This document shows positions 26,949 through 37,200 of a DNA stretch of 64,000 bases, in pieces. This stretch comes from a virus (lineage: Duplodnaviria > Caudoviricetes). The notes beneath the pieces are model-generated. The model was not told the origin of the DNA, searched no databases, and saw only the letters and a list, made by a program, of their open reading frames with translations. Within the stretch, counting starts at the first letter, position 1, and every line of letters starts with the position of its first letter. A program made the translations under genes and the position numbers. Location: the IMG/VR virus record IMGVR_UViG_3300006045_001036. One strand, written 5' to 3'.

Positions 26949-28436
26949 TTAGAATATTAGATTATCAAACGTGTTTGTCAAGTTACCTAACTCGACTAAA
27001 CGAGGGGAAATTATATTTTTTGTCTGACTCTGGCGGATAGCTCTATGTAGCAGAGAGTCTCCTGCTATTGTTGCAACAGCGTCTGCTCCATCGGTTGCCC
27101 CATTAGCGGCATCATTGGGAGACCCTGTATCAAGTCTTTGACACACCAAAGTTGTAATAAACCGAGTGTCTAAACGATGTGTGACCTCCATAACACGATA
27201 TATTCCTGATATCGGAGATAGAGAATTGCCTGATAATACGGTAACGGTTACAGGCTGAGCCAGTTCATAACCACGAATATTCCCCGCCATCGTGATTGTT
27301 ATTTTTGACGAGAACTGTGTAGCTATTGCATTGACATTGTTAATCTCGTTGGCACTGTTAAATACTTCTGCAAGCGAGCCTGAGAACGAGGATACAGACG
27401 GTTGCACGGAAGCAATTGAATTACCTGTACCGTCAACAGTAAATCCAATTCGTCCTGTGTTGATATTTTTCAGTGTATAAGCGACTGAATCATAAGTTCC
27501 GCTTAAAGAGAAAATGTTGGTTTCGTTTCCGCCGAGAATAAGTTGGTCGTGGTTTTGCTTAACTCGGAGTACGGCATCGGATTTGAAATTGATTTTCCCT
27601 CTCTGTGTCATAGTAGGCTCATCTACCCAAAACGAAAAAGTATTAACCGTGTCAGGACGGTCGTTAACGTCACTACGGAAGTATGAAGCCCTTTCTCCCT
27701 CCCGCACATTATTAACCAACATACCCATATTTCGCACTCTGTCTGTATTAAGACCGTAGGCTTGGTCGCTGCTAAGTATTTGTGTTGCCAACGGTTGCAA
27801 TCCGGGGAAATCACCGAAACCGTCTTCTGATGTTCTGTTGCCTCTGACATATCGGGTGAAACTGGTTTGCACTACGCCATGAGACAAGTAGGTTGGCGTG
27901 TCCGTGCGGTCTATATCAAGGTCATAATAATTGTCTGCTTTCAAGCTCTTACACAATGCTTCGAGAACCGCCGACGGCTGAACCACCCCACGAATAGCGG
28001 GGATTCGGATTGTCGGCATATTAGAAGGAACTGCTGTTTGTCCGTAACCCTTTATCGTGTATTGCAGATACTGTGATTCAGGGACATTGACACCGAACTG
28101 CATTGTCCAACCTTCGATATCCATACATTCCAATACTTGACCGTCGGGACTCTGCCAACCCAAAATAATTGACACAGGAATTCCTCGGCGATAGCCTGAG
28201 TTCTTCGCCGCTTTCTCTGCTTGATACCACAGCCCCTCAATCGCAGCAATGTTCGCTTTTCTCGAAGCATCACCTACTACGTTGAGGGTTAACTCCCACA
28301 TAAGAGCGGAGCGTACTGTGGCATTCGATATAGTTATCCCGACGAGTGGGGAAGGAATTTTGAAACCAAGGTCGGTGAGAGATACACCTGCAAGGCTGAC
28401 AGCGATGAAGGGTATTTCGTCTCTCTGTTTACGCAT
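26949..28436 (-). CDS. Baseplate hub (gp27/gpD-like)
   Basis: C-terminal ISGIYRVMEVTHRLDTRFITTL motif; position. Confidence 0.7.
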   Translation of the reverse strand: MRKQRDEIPFIAVSLAGVSLTDLGFKIPSPLVGITISNATVRSALMWELTLNVVGDASRKANIAAIEGLWYQAEKAAKNSGYRRGIPVSIILGWQSPDGQVLECMDIEGWTMQFGVNVPESQYLQYTIKGYGQTAVPSNMPTIRIPAIRGVVQPSAVLEALCKSLKADNYYDLDIDRTDTPTYLSHGVVQTSFTRYVRGNRTSEDGFGDFPGLQPLATQILSSDQAYGLNTDRVRNMGMLVNNVREGERASYFRSDVNDRPDTVNTFSFWVDEPTMTQRGKINFKSDAVLRVKQNHDQLILGGNETNIFSLSGTYDSVAYTLKNINTGRIGFTVDGTGNSIASVQPSVSSFSGSLAEVFNSANEINNVNAIATQFSSKITITMAGNIRGYELAQPVTVTVLSGNSLSPISGIYRVMEVTHRLDTRFITTLVCQRLDTGSPNDAANGATDGADAVATIAGDSLLHRAIRQSQTKNIISPRLVELGNLTNTFDNLIF

Positions 28437-28440
28437 AGGC

Positions 28441-28812
28441 TCACTCCTGTCTAAGGTTGAGGGTAAACGGCGGTATTGCCGCCAGCACCTCCCCTTTATT
28501 AATCAAATCAAAGAAATTGTCAATTACTGCGAGTTTTGTTCCAGCGTTAACGCTGAAACCATCGGTAATATTATTCATTCTAACAATAACCCAACTGTAC
28601 ATTTCTGAGCCGTAAATCTCTTTAGCAATACGGTCAAGGCGGTTTTCCTGTTCCTGAGTTACGGTATGCCAACGGACAGGAAGCCGAGACCGCCACGGAT
28701 TAGTTGTTTCCAACGATACGTGGTTTGTGTCTTTATCCGCTATTTGTCTTAAACCTCGATATCGAGACAAGTGCGGAAAATCATAAGGATGGAGGTATTG
28801 AATCTTTTTCAT
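28441..28812 (-). CDS. LysM-like baseplate wedge (gp53/gpX-like)
   Basis: HTVTQEQENRLDRIAKEIYG...WVIVRMNNI. Confidence 0.75.
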   Translation of the reverse strand: MKKIQYLHPYDFPHLSRYRGLRQIADKDTNHVSLETTNPWRSRLPVRWHTVTQEQENRLDRIAKEIYGSEMYSWVIVRMNNITDGFSVNAGTKLAVIDNFFDLINKGEVLAAIPPFTLNLRQE

Positions 28813-29948
28813 CTGTAACTACCACTGCCTTTCCCGCCTATATCTCGGCGAATAGCATCAGCGTTGAGCGGGGTATCAGACACTTCTTGTATAGTGATTT
28901 TGAGGTCGGCGAGAAGAGGTTTCAAGTCTTCGCCAAACTCACCATACCAGTTAACACCCACGCTATGTACATGCCCTCGTATTTTGAAATATTCTCCGCA
29001 TATCAAGGTGACAAGCGGCATATCGACTAATGCCCCAAGGTAATTACAATACGCTGCCGACTGACAATAACGAATAAGGTTTTCACAATGTCCGTCTCTG
29101 TAATCTCCACTCCACAATACACGAGCGAGTTTGAATACGGCGGTAACAGTTCTTCCGCCCGAACTCTTGTAGATTTGCCACGGCTCATACTGGTGTCGAG
29201 CCTCAGGCATTTCCTCATAGTTAGCGTTGAACTCGTCTGGAATACCGCCGTCAGGGTAACACGGTATCATCATGTATGCTGGTGTAGCTCTGTCGATTGC
29301 AATACCTACTTCCTCGGCAAGTGTAATATGCCAATTTCCACCGTTATCACCACTGCCGTTAACTATTTGCGGTACAGTTAATGATTGTGTCATTGCTGCA
29401 AAATTCGGCGATGAAAACGGAGCTTGACCTGCGTCAACTGCGTCGAGAGCAGACCTCAGCGTTAACGCTGGCACGGCTGTACCATTACCAACAACTCCGG
29501 AAGTTAGAGGCGAGTGGTCAGGGATATGAACTTTATCTGGGAATAAATTCTCTCTCCCCAGTATTTGAAGTTCTTGTAAATCCAGTGTTACGGCTGCTGC
29601 AAACGTATCGGTCGAAGTCGCTGCGATTGTTAAAGCTCGTCGTGCATCATTTATCCGCTGATTAATAAATTGATTAGTTATTTGATTTCGTATTTCTGAA
29701 GGTGTACCGAGGGGGAACTCAGGAAAATCGGGGTAACGTCCAACAGGCACTCGTCCTGTTTCGACCAAAGCTACACTCTCTGCTCTTGTCATCGGTGCAG
29801 TGAGAGCTTGATATCTCTCCCTTACCTGACCTGCAAAATTAGGGTCAGCTCTTAGTCCATTCGTTGCCAGAATACTGTTGGTATCGTTGCCAAATTTATT
29901 GCGTACTTGGGTAAGAGTGGTGTTGTGTTCTACCTCATAAAACTTCAT
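28809..29948 (-). CDS. Tail tube initiator-like protein
   Basis: N-terminal LysM-like segment; C-terminal YKSSGGRTVT...PLVTLICG...VHSVGVNW tube-like fold. Confidence 0.6.
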   Translation of the reverse strand: MKFYEVEHNTTLTQVRNKFGNDTNSILATNGLRADPNFAGQVRERYQALTAPMTRAESVALVETGRVPVGRYPDFPEFPLGTPSEIRNQITNQFINQRINDARRALTIAATSTDTFAAAVTLDLQELQILGRENLFPDKVHIPDHSPLTSGVVGNGTAVPALTLRSALDAVDAGQAPFSSPNFAAMTQSLTVPQIVNGSGDNGGNWHITLAEEVGIAIDRATPAYMMIPCYPDGGIPDEFNANYEEMPEARHQYEPWQIYKSSGGRTVTAVFKLARVLWSGDYRDGHCENLIRYCQSAAYCNYLGALVDMPLVTLICGEYFKIRGHVHSVGVNWYGEFGEDLKPLLADLKITIQEVSDTPLNADAIRRDIGGKGSGSYR

Positions 29949-31006
29949 ATTCTTACCTCTCTCTGACGCAGTTCTTTATAAGTCCCTGCTTCACAGTATG
30001 GAGAAGCGTGTACGCTCTGCATAAACCGTACATCTGTGTTGTAGTTCACCGAGATTTCTGTATTGTTCGGATGATTCGGCGGAGCTTGTCGGTGAATTAC
30101 ATTAGTTTCTGCCATTTCCACGTATGTTGCTTCTTTGTTAATAGCAAAAACAGCTTTTTGCGAAGGGAGACCGTAGCCATATATTTCTTCGCCTTTTCGT
30201 ACATCGAAATCCAACAAGAGGTTGACTTCGGCTATTATGGTTAGAAGTCTGTGTTCCTCTATCTCGTCTTGCCAGTCTGTTCGTCCGACAACAAGCCCGA
30301 GAGCGTAAGCATATAAAGTCGGGTCCCAATGTTCAGGCGGTAAATTAGTCATAATATCCCAGAATTTAGCAAGTTTCTCTCCCCACTGACTACGCATATT
30401 GAAAGACTCGGGAAACTCTTCGTACTCCACGTTAATCCCCGCTTCTTTCTCGATGCGAAACTCCGCTCTGGGGTAAGGGTAAGCGGTCAAGAGCTTACCA
30501 CTTTTCCAACTCTTCTCTGTAATGTAGTAATTGGTATGTTCGTTCGGTCGAGTTCTTAATATCTGTGTGCATTTCCGAGGGTCTGGCGTTTCATTCGTGC
30601 TGTCGGCAAGTTCTTGCCGACACTTAGCACACATATCATCCAAGCTATTGATTGTTGCCCGAGTATAGATTTCTGTTACAGGCGGTTGTTCCTCAACCCA
30701 TTCTGCCGAAGTTCCGGGAATTTCTTCCAACTGTCCAAATTTAGGATTGAGAAGAGCGTCCCGAACCTCGTATTGTGTAATATGCGAAGCAGGGCGGTCA
30801 GGTAAATAACCGCCGTAACGCAACTCTCTTATAACCATGTTAAACAGCGTGTAACCGTCAGGCATATGATTAGGTCGTTTTGGTTGCTTATCTCCTGGTA
30901 TACCATAGGGGAATTGCGGGTATACCATTGGACTAAAATTCCCCTCTTGTTTTCTCATTAATGTTGGGGAAAGTAAGGCTTGCCAATTGACTTGACTCAT
31001 CCTCAT
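29945..31006 (-). CDS. Hypothetical tail-region protein
   Basis: 353-aa coupled ORF. Confidence 0.6.
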   Translation of the reverse strand: MRMSQVNWQALLSPTLMRKQEGNFSPMVYPQFPYGIPGDKQPKRPNHMPDGYTLFNMVIRELRYGGYLPDRPASHITQYEVRDALLNPKFGQLEEIPGTSAEWVEEQPPVTEIYTRATINSLDDMCAKCRQELADSTNETPDPRKCTQILRTRPNEHTNYYITEKSWKSGKLLTAYPYPRAEFRIEKEAGINVEYEEFPESFNMRSQWGEKLAKFWDIMTNLPPEHWDPTLYAYALGLVVGRTDWQDEIEEHRLLTIIAEVNLLLDFDVRKGEEIYGYGLPSQKAVFAINKEATYVEMAETNVIHRQAPPNHPNNTEISVNYNTDVRFMQSVHASPYCEAGTYKELRQREVRI

Positions 31007-34000
31007 GTCCTCCCTTTAACATACACAGGTGTGTTTGCCGCCCAAGCGTTATTTAGGGCGATATTTTTACGAGCTTCTTCAGTGCGGTCTACCACGTTGT
31101 CAATTTTTTCCACCTTTTGAAAATGGATTAACACCGTTCCGCCTCGAACACCGATTTCGTTGTCCTCGGCAATTGACTCGGTGGCAATATTGACGTCCAT
31201 CTCCATAAACATCCAACCATCACCACGTTCATACATAGTAGTTATTTTTCCTTGAAGACTAATAGAGTCTTTCAACGCTGCTTGCGGTATTTGATTTACA
31301 CTTCCGAAGCTTATTGCTACAGGCATCATAAACGTCATCCCTTTAGCAGGTTCAAGTATATTCATGTTAAATTGCGTTGTGGCGTTTCTCATTTGCAACC
31401 CTATAGCAGTGATAATTCCACTCGGTGAAAACTGTAAGTCGCAAATTCGTGCTTGAACATTAACTCCAGCCTCTCCAGGACTGAATGTTGCGAGTGAAAA
31501 CCAATTGCTGTTTCCGTGGAAATGTACAGTCATTTGGTCGGCAGTTGTGTACTCAGAACCGTTAACAATTAACCGCCCTGTCGGGTCACGTTCTTCGTGT
31601 CTGAATACTTCGGGATATTCCCGTACCCGAGCAGTTGCGGCAAAGAACTCTTTGTACCAAAAGCGTATTCCGAAAATACCTGACCGAGTTCCGACAGTAA
31701 GAGCTTGCTGTATTATTGAAGCATCGTAGTACAACTCGCTGTTTCTTATTGCGATTTCGAGTTCCCCAGCAGTATTGTCGATAATACGGATACGGTCACA
31801 ATCAGTGAATTGTACAGGGATTGCATCCGCACTGCCTTCGAAAATAAAGGTCGTACTGCCTTGGTATACGGAGCCCATAACGATATTAAGAACCTCATCT
31901 GACCGAGCAACACCGCCTGAGTCATCTCTGTCGGGCAGCCAGACTTTAACAACGTTGTCTTTAATGGAAGCACGTTTATGCACCATGACTTCAAGTTCAA
32001 GACGTAGTTCGTTAAGGTTTTGACCTGCCAAAGTTTCATAGTCATCTTTTAGGAATTTCCAAGCCCCGCCAGCATATAAATCATCGTAATCCATAAGACG
32101 AATGTACCCGAATTCGTCGATATAGCAATAACCTTTATCAAGGAAATCATTAGCGTTATCTCCATCAAGCGGAATCGAGTACACAGCACCACGAGAATCA
32201 TCTTTAGCAAGCGGTAGTCTGGGAGTAAGCCATAGAGCGTTCGACCAGTCTTTAACGATATTTGCTAATCGTATTTGACGGAAGTGGGTCCGCTGCCCCG
32301 ATGGATGAGCAGGGTTTCCGCCTGACGTAGCTATCGCAGGGATTTGAGGATGGCAGATAACAACCCGCACATAGCTTGACGCACTGCTGCTATCTTCAAA
32401 ACCGTCTAAAGCACGTCCTTCAAACAATTTCTTGCGTATCTCTCCCCACCCAGTATCAGAGAAATTTGCATCATTTGATGTGATGTTTTGCGGCGTGTTC
32501 ATCGCAGTATCACCGCCCGATAGTCCAATAGGAAAATCTTGGTCGGCAGATATAGAACCATCTGCAGAGGCAGCGGGTCCTGTCGTATTGCGTGAATTAT
32601 TCCATATGAAACGGTCGGCACGTAGAGAGAATACTCTCTGAGAGCTTTTCTCCGCCACCTCTATACCGTCAGCCGTTTCAGTAGTTGGCAATGAATCTAC
32701 ATACACTGTGAAATCGGCAACAAGCGGAATACTGGCTGGCTGAGTGTTTGCAGGGTTAGGAACAGTCCCCGAAGGAATTGAAATAGTGTTAAAAAATCGA
32801 ATATCCGACTCTCTTTCAGGTGTTGTAGTTATAACCCTCATAGTAGAGGGGACTGAATCAATATCACTGGCTTCAATCGGCGAAGCGGGTCGTCCTGTGT
32901 CTCTGTCGTTGGCAAGAAAGTCTTTGAGAATATACACAGCATCGCCAGACTCGAAGTTATTCGATATCGGCGGAAGAGAGTTTAACGATGGGAAAGTTGT
33001 CGAGTATTCTGTCAATGAGTCTATCACTCGTTTTAATCGTCCGTATTTATGTGAACCGACTACAAGAGCATCGTTCATACGAATAAGCTCTTCAATCTTA
33101 TCCTTGTAGTATTTCCCCATCATACCTGCGTTGCTTTGGAACGCAGGATTAGCGTTTGGAAACACAAAACGAAACTCATTATCAAGCGGGTAGTTGTCAA
33201 TCTGATAAGGATTTCGCTTGTACGGAGCTACGAAAGACACACGGTCAGAATTTTCGTCGTACTCAATCCGTGCTTGTAGAAGATTAAGCATATCGAACGT
33301 AATATCCGTCCATACATCATGATTGAATTCACCTTCATCTTGCTCAGGTTTTCTTGTAGAATACGCATAAAGCTTAGAAGGGTCTACTGTATCCTTGCCT
33401 GTGAACGGACTGTGAGAAGAACCGCCTTCTCCTGAATTGATAATACGTTCTGCCCCGATAAATTGAAGCTTTCCCGAACTATAATTAACTACCGAGCCGT
33501 CAGCGATTCCACCGCCGACAACACCTTGTATAACTTCTTGTTGCCATACAAAAGAGCCTAACTTCAAATGACAGTTAACACGGTCACGGTCAGTTGTTTT
33601 CCAACAGTCAGCAGGAGTTCTTAGTCTTTTATCATCATCGCCGACTTTACCGATAACAACGGCAACACCGCCGAACATTCCGCTCTGACCAAACAGCTTA
33701 GTAGTGCCGTCTACTGTACCTGCAATCTGAGTTTCTCTTCCAGGAGGTTGGGAAGCAAGTGTCGAATCTCCTGAGTAGACGGCAACAAGACCGATTTCAT
33801 ACGTGCCGCTTTCAAGAATATCAGCGTCGATTGCACTGTCTATTCCTGTCTTTGACAGCAGATTGATACGTTGTCTGCCAAGCACTTCTAAGAAGTGTCC
33901 GTCAATAATAGCTCGGTTTGATAACCCGCTTACCTTGCCAATAAACAAAGAAGCGGGTTCAGTTCCGCCAACTTCAGCAAGTGCAAAATCCGAAGATGTT

Positions 34001-34194
34001 TGGGCGTAAGAGGGGTACGAAGCCCATTGAATTCTGGGATTACCCATCACACTGTCTGTCTGTTTTAAATTCCATTCTGATACGAGTTGTCCGCCGTTGG
34101 TATCATTGGCAACAGGGAACATATTCGTAAGCATTGACGGAAAGATTTGCATCGTCCTTGTCGGCATAGATGTATTAGCCATATTATTCTCCAA
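31003..34194 (-). CDS. Large tail/baseplate structural protein
   Basis: 1063 aa directly after tape measure. Confidence 0.55.
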   Translation of the reverse strand: MENNMANTSMPTRTMQIFPSMLTNMFPVANDTNGGQLVSEWNLKQTDSVMGNPRIQWASYPSYAQTSSDFALAEVGGTEPASLFIGKVSGLSNRAIIDGHFLEVLGRQRINLLSKTGIDSAIDADILESGTYEIGLVAVYSGDSTLASQPPGRETQIAGTVDGTTKLFGQSGMFGGVAVVIGKVGDDDKRLRTPADCWKTTDRDRVNCHLKLGSFVWQQEVIQGVVGGGIADGSVVNYSSGKLQFIGAERIINSGEGGSSHSPFTGKDTVDPSKLYAYSTRKPEQDEGEFNHDVWTDITFDMLNLLQARIEYDENSDRVSFVAPYKRNPYQIDNYPLDNEFRFVFPNANPAFQSNAGMMGKYYKDKIEELIRMNDALVVGSHKYGRLKRVIDSLTEYSTTFPSLNSLPPISNNFESGDAVYILKDFLANDRDTGRPASPIEASDIDSVPSTMRVITTTPERESDIRFFNTISIPSGTVPNPANTQPASIPLVADFTVYVDSLPTTETADGIEVAEKSSQRVFSLRADRFIWNNSRNTTGPAASADGSISADQDFPIGLSGGDTAMNTPQNITSNDANFSDTGWGEIRKKLFEGRALDGFEDSSSASSYVRVVICHPQIPAIATSGGNPAHPSGQRTHFRQIRLANIVKDWSNALWLTPRLPLAKDDSRGAVYSIPLDGDNANDFLDKGYCYIDEFGYIRLMDYDDLYAGGAWKFLKDDYETLAGQNLNELRLELEVMVHKRASIKDNVVKVWLPDRDDSGGVARSDEVLNIVMGSVYQGSTTFIFEGSADAIPVQFTDCDRIRIIDNTAGELEIAIRNSELYYDASIIQQALTVGTRSGIFGIRFWYKEFFAATARVREYPEVFRHEERDPTGRLIVNGSEYTTADQMTVHFHGNSNWFSLATFSPGEAGVNVQARICDLQFSPSGIITAIGLQMRNATTQFNMNILEPAKGMTFMMPVAISFGSVNQIPQAALKDSISLQGKITTMYERGDGWMFMEMDVNIATESIAEDNEIGVRGGTVLIHFQKVEKIDNVVDRTEEARKNIALNNAWAANTPVYVKGRT

Positions 34195-34216
34195 TCGTAT
34201 TTATTGAGGTCTTGTG

Positions 34217-37200
34217 TTATTGAGGTTGACCGTAGGAAGCAGCAGAAAGCATATCCCAGAAATTTCCGCTGTCCCCGACACCGCCGTATCCGCCTGAAAG
34301 AGTTTGAGCTAAATTACCCATTAATTTAACAAGTGTCGCTAATAAGATATTAGTTTGCTCTACTGGATTCGCTGTGTTATTTGCTTTTGCTTGGTCGGAG
34401 AGCATAGTAACCAGTTGTTCCAAGCTCAGACTTACATCATGAATAGCGTGTTCTCCTGCCGCTAATGCCCTGTATGCGGGGTTATTTCCGTTAATAAACT
34501 CGCCATTCGGACCCAATCCTTGTGTAAATCCGGAACCATTGGCTTCACGCCCTTGACCTTTGACATTGAAAACTTCTCCGAATTCATCTCTAATCGAAGA
34601 GATTTGTTGCAAATTCTGTATTGCAAATCGGTTGAAATCGCTGTGATACCTTGCAAATTCGTCTCGGTAAGCTCTAAATTCAGACCGATAGCTGCCAGTA
34701 GTGCTTTCGCTAACACCAAAATACTGTTCAGAATACGTTTTGAACTGTTCACGATAGCTACCCGCCCTATTAGAAGCGTCTCCGAACCATTCTTCGGAGT
34801 ATCGTTGGAATTGATGTCTGTAATTATTTTGAGAACCGACTTTACCAAAACTTGTAGAAAACTCATCAAACTGAGACCTGTAGTTAGCGTGACCGAATAG
34901 AGTATCCCGCCCGAAAGAGCCGTGATACCGCCAGAATTCTGTTCTCCAGTTATCATCACCGCTCGGGCTGTTGATACCAAAGTTTTCACGATATTTATGA
35001 AACTGGTCTCTATAGTCTTTGTTTTCGCCGTCAACACCAAAACTTACACGGTGTAACCGCAGGTGTTCCTCAATATCTTCCAACACAGCTTTCTGTGAGC
35101 GGTCGCTTTTCTCAAGCTCGGTAACAATCTCGCCGTTTTCAGAACCCGAACCCGACCAGTGCCGACGTTTACCCGCTAATTCCCAAGTCTCCCGAGTTTC
35201 CATTTCTTCGGCAAGAGCGGTAAGCATCCGTTCTTCAAACATTTCAGGTTGTTCTACTTCCGAGGCTTTGAACACGTTTTGTATAACCCCACGGAACGTA
35301 CCAAACATCCTTTGAAAAATGCTTTCGGTCTTCTTTTCCTCAAATTCATTCATGGTAAATTCGAGATTTTCTTGGTATCCGAGAGCTTTGGACTGTATTA
35401 TAGTTCCCGCAACTATCGCCGAGTGAACACGTTGGGTTTCGTGAAGCATTTCCTTCCACCAGCGTTCCTCTGTTTGAAGCCGTACAGCGTTCATTGCTGC
35501 ACCTTGCTCAACTTGACCCTCGTTGAAAGCGTCAACAATTGCTTGCTCTGACTGCCCCGCTTGTTTGGAAAGTTGCTCAATATTTCGACCAAGCTGTTTC
35601 TGTTGAGCAGTAAATTCTTCGTAAGTACCGACGAATTTCTTCGCATCCTTCTCCACTTGCTCAAGAACTTTCTCCGCTCTCTGAGCAGCTCGTTCCGTCG
35701 CATCCTCTGAAGCCGATAAATTCGTTAAATTCGGATTCTTGTTTGCTCCACCGCTATGTCCTGAAGCAGCACGAAGTCCCGAACCACCGCCGAGAACATT
35801 TTTCCAGTCATACATAGACCGCCCAAACCCTGTACCGACAGCACTGACGATTGTTGGAGTCAACGCTTGACGCAGATTATTCCAACTTGTAGCACCGTAA
35901 GAATTGAATAAGCGGTCACTGCCTCGTTGCATATTGGGAGCGTTTATACGGCTACCTCGAATCGCACCATCTGAAATCATAGAAGCATAATCTTGTGATA
36001 TTTTGAGGTCGAGAGCTTTCCCCGCCGTCATTATGTTTGCGTACATGAAATTAGCGGGATTACCAACTACACCAGCTTTTAATACAGCTTCACGGTTTTT
36101 GTCAACTTTTGATACTTCATTTGCTTTTTTGAAAAACGCTACTATCGACCCCAACGGATTGAGGAATTTGAGTATTGAAGAAACCCCTTCTTTCAAAGAT
36201 TGTAAGAGGTTGTTGGTCTCGCCTTTAATTTCTACAGCCCACGTTGCTGCTTGTGCGTCACGTTGCCGTTGTTCGTCAAGCTGGTTTTTATACATCATCA
36301 TTGCGACGTCGTTATCAATTAACCACCCGAGACCATCATCAGCAATCTGTTTATTAATCTCTGCCATTCTTGCTTGTGCTGAATTAATAGTTGTTTCTCC
36401 CGACTTCAACAAATCCAAACTTTGTTGGAAAGTGCGGTCGCCGTTTAACCCGCCTCGCATAGCTTCACCCATCATTGAGAAATCAATACCCGAGAACGCA
36501 TCAGGCGGAATATTGAACACTGGTGCAAGTTGGTCGGCAACAGTCATATATGCGTCGGGAGCGATACGTTGACGTTGAGCCAGTTCGTCGAAAATAGTAC
36601 CCAATAATCGAGAAGGGTCTTGAGAGAAGCTGCGTAAGAATTCCGTTGCTTCTGCACCTTGCCCTGCTAAAGCTCGAAAAGCCACAATTGCGGCATCATT
36701 ACTGCCCGATGTAGCTTGTGTAATTGCTTCGATTAGTCCTGTTGACAGTCTGCTGTCTATTGCACCTGCGACAGCAGAGACTTTTGTCAAGGCTTCAAGT
36801 ATTTCAGTATTGTCACTGACCCGAGCATTACGAGCGATTTGATTAGCAGAGTCGAGGATACTCTTCATATCCTTTAACCCTGTGCCAATACCTTGTGTAA
36901 GTTCTCGACCCGCAGCCATGAACATTCCCGCAGTACTCTGGAGTGAAGCACTGGCGGTTGCTATGGCTTCTGATTGAGAGCGTCCCTTAGTCAGTTCTTG
37001 AGCTACGATACTGCCGAATGTATCTGCGTATTGAAAGAAATCTTCGCCTGTTGTCGCTTTAAGAACGGTAGCGAGATAAGTAAATTCCTCTGCCACAACC
37101 CCTGTTAATCCTGAAGATATTACCCCTGCTAAGTTGCTGGTTAATTCTGTTGCATCCAATATACGTGATAAGCCGTCTTTTTCAAGACGTGCCGACATCT

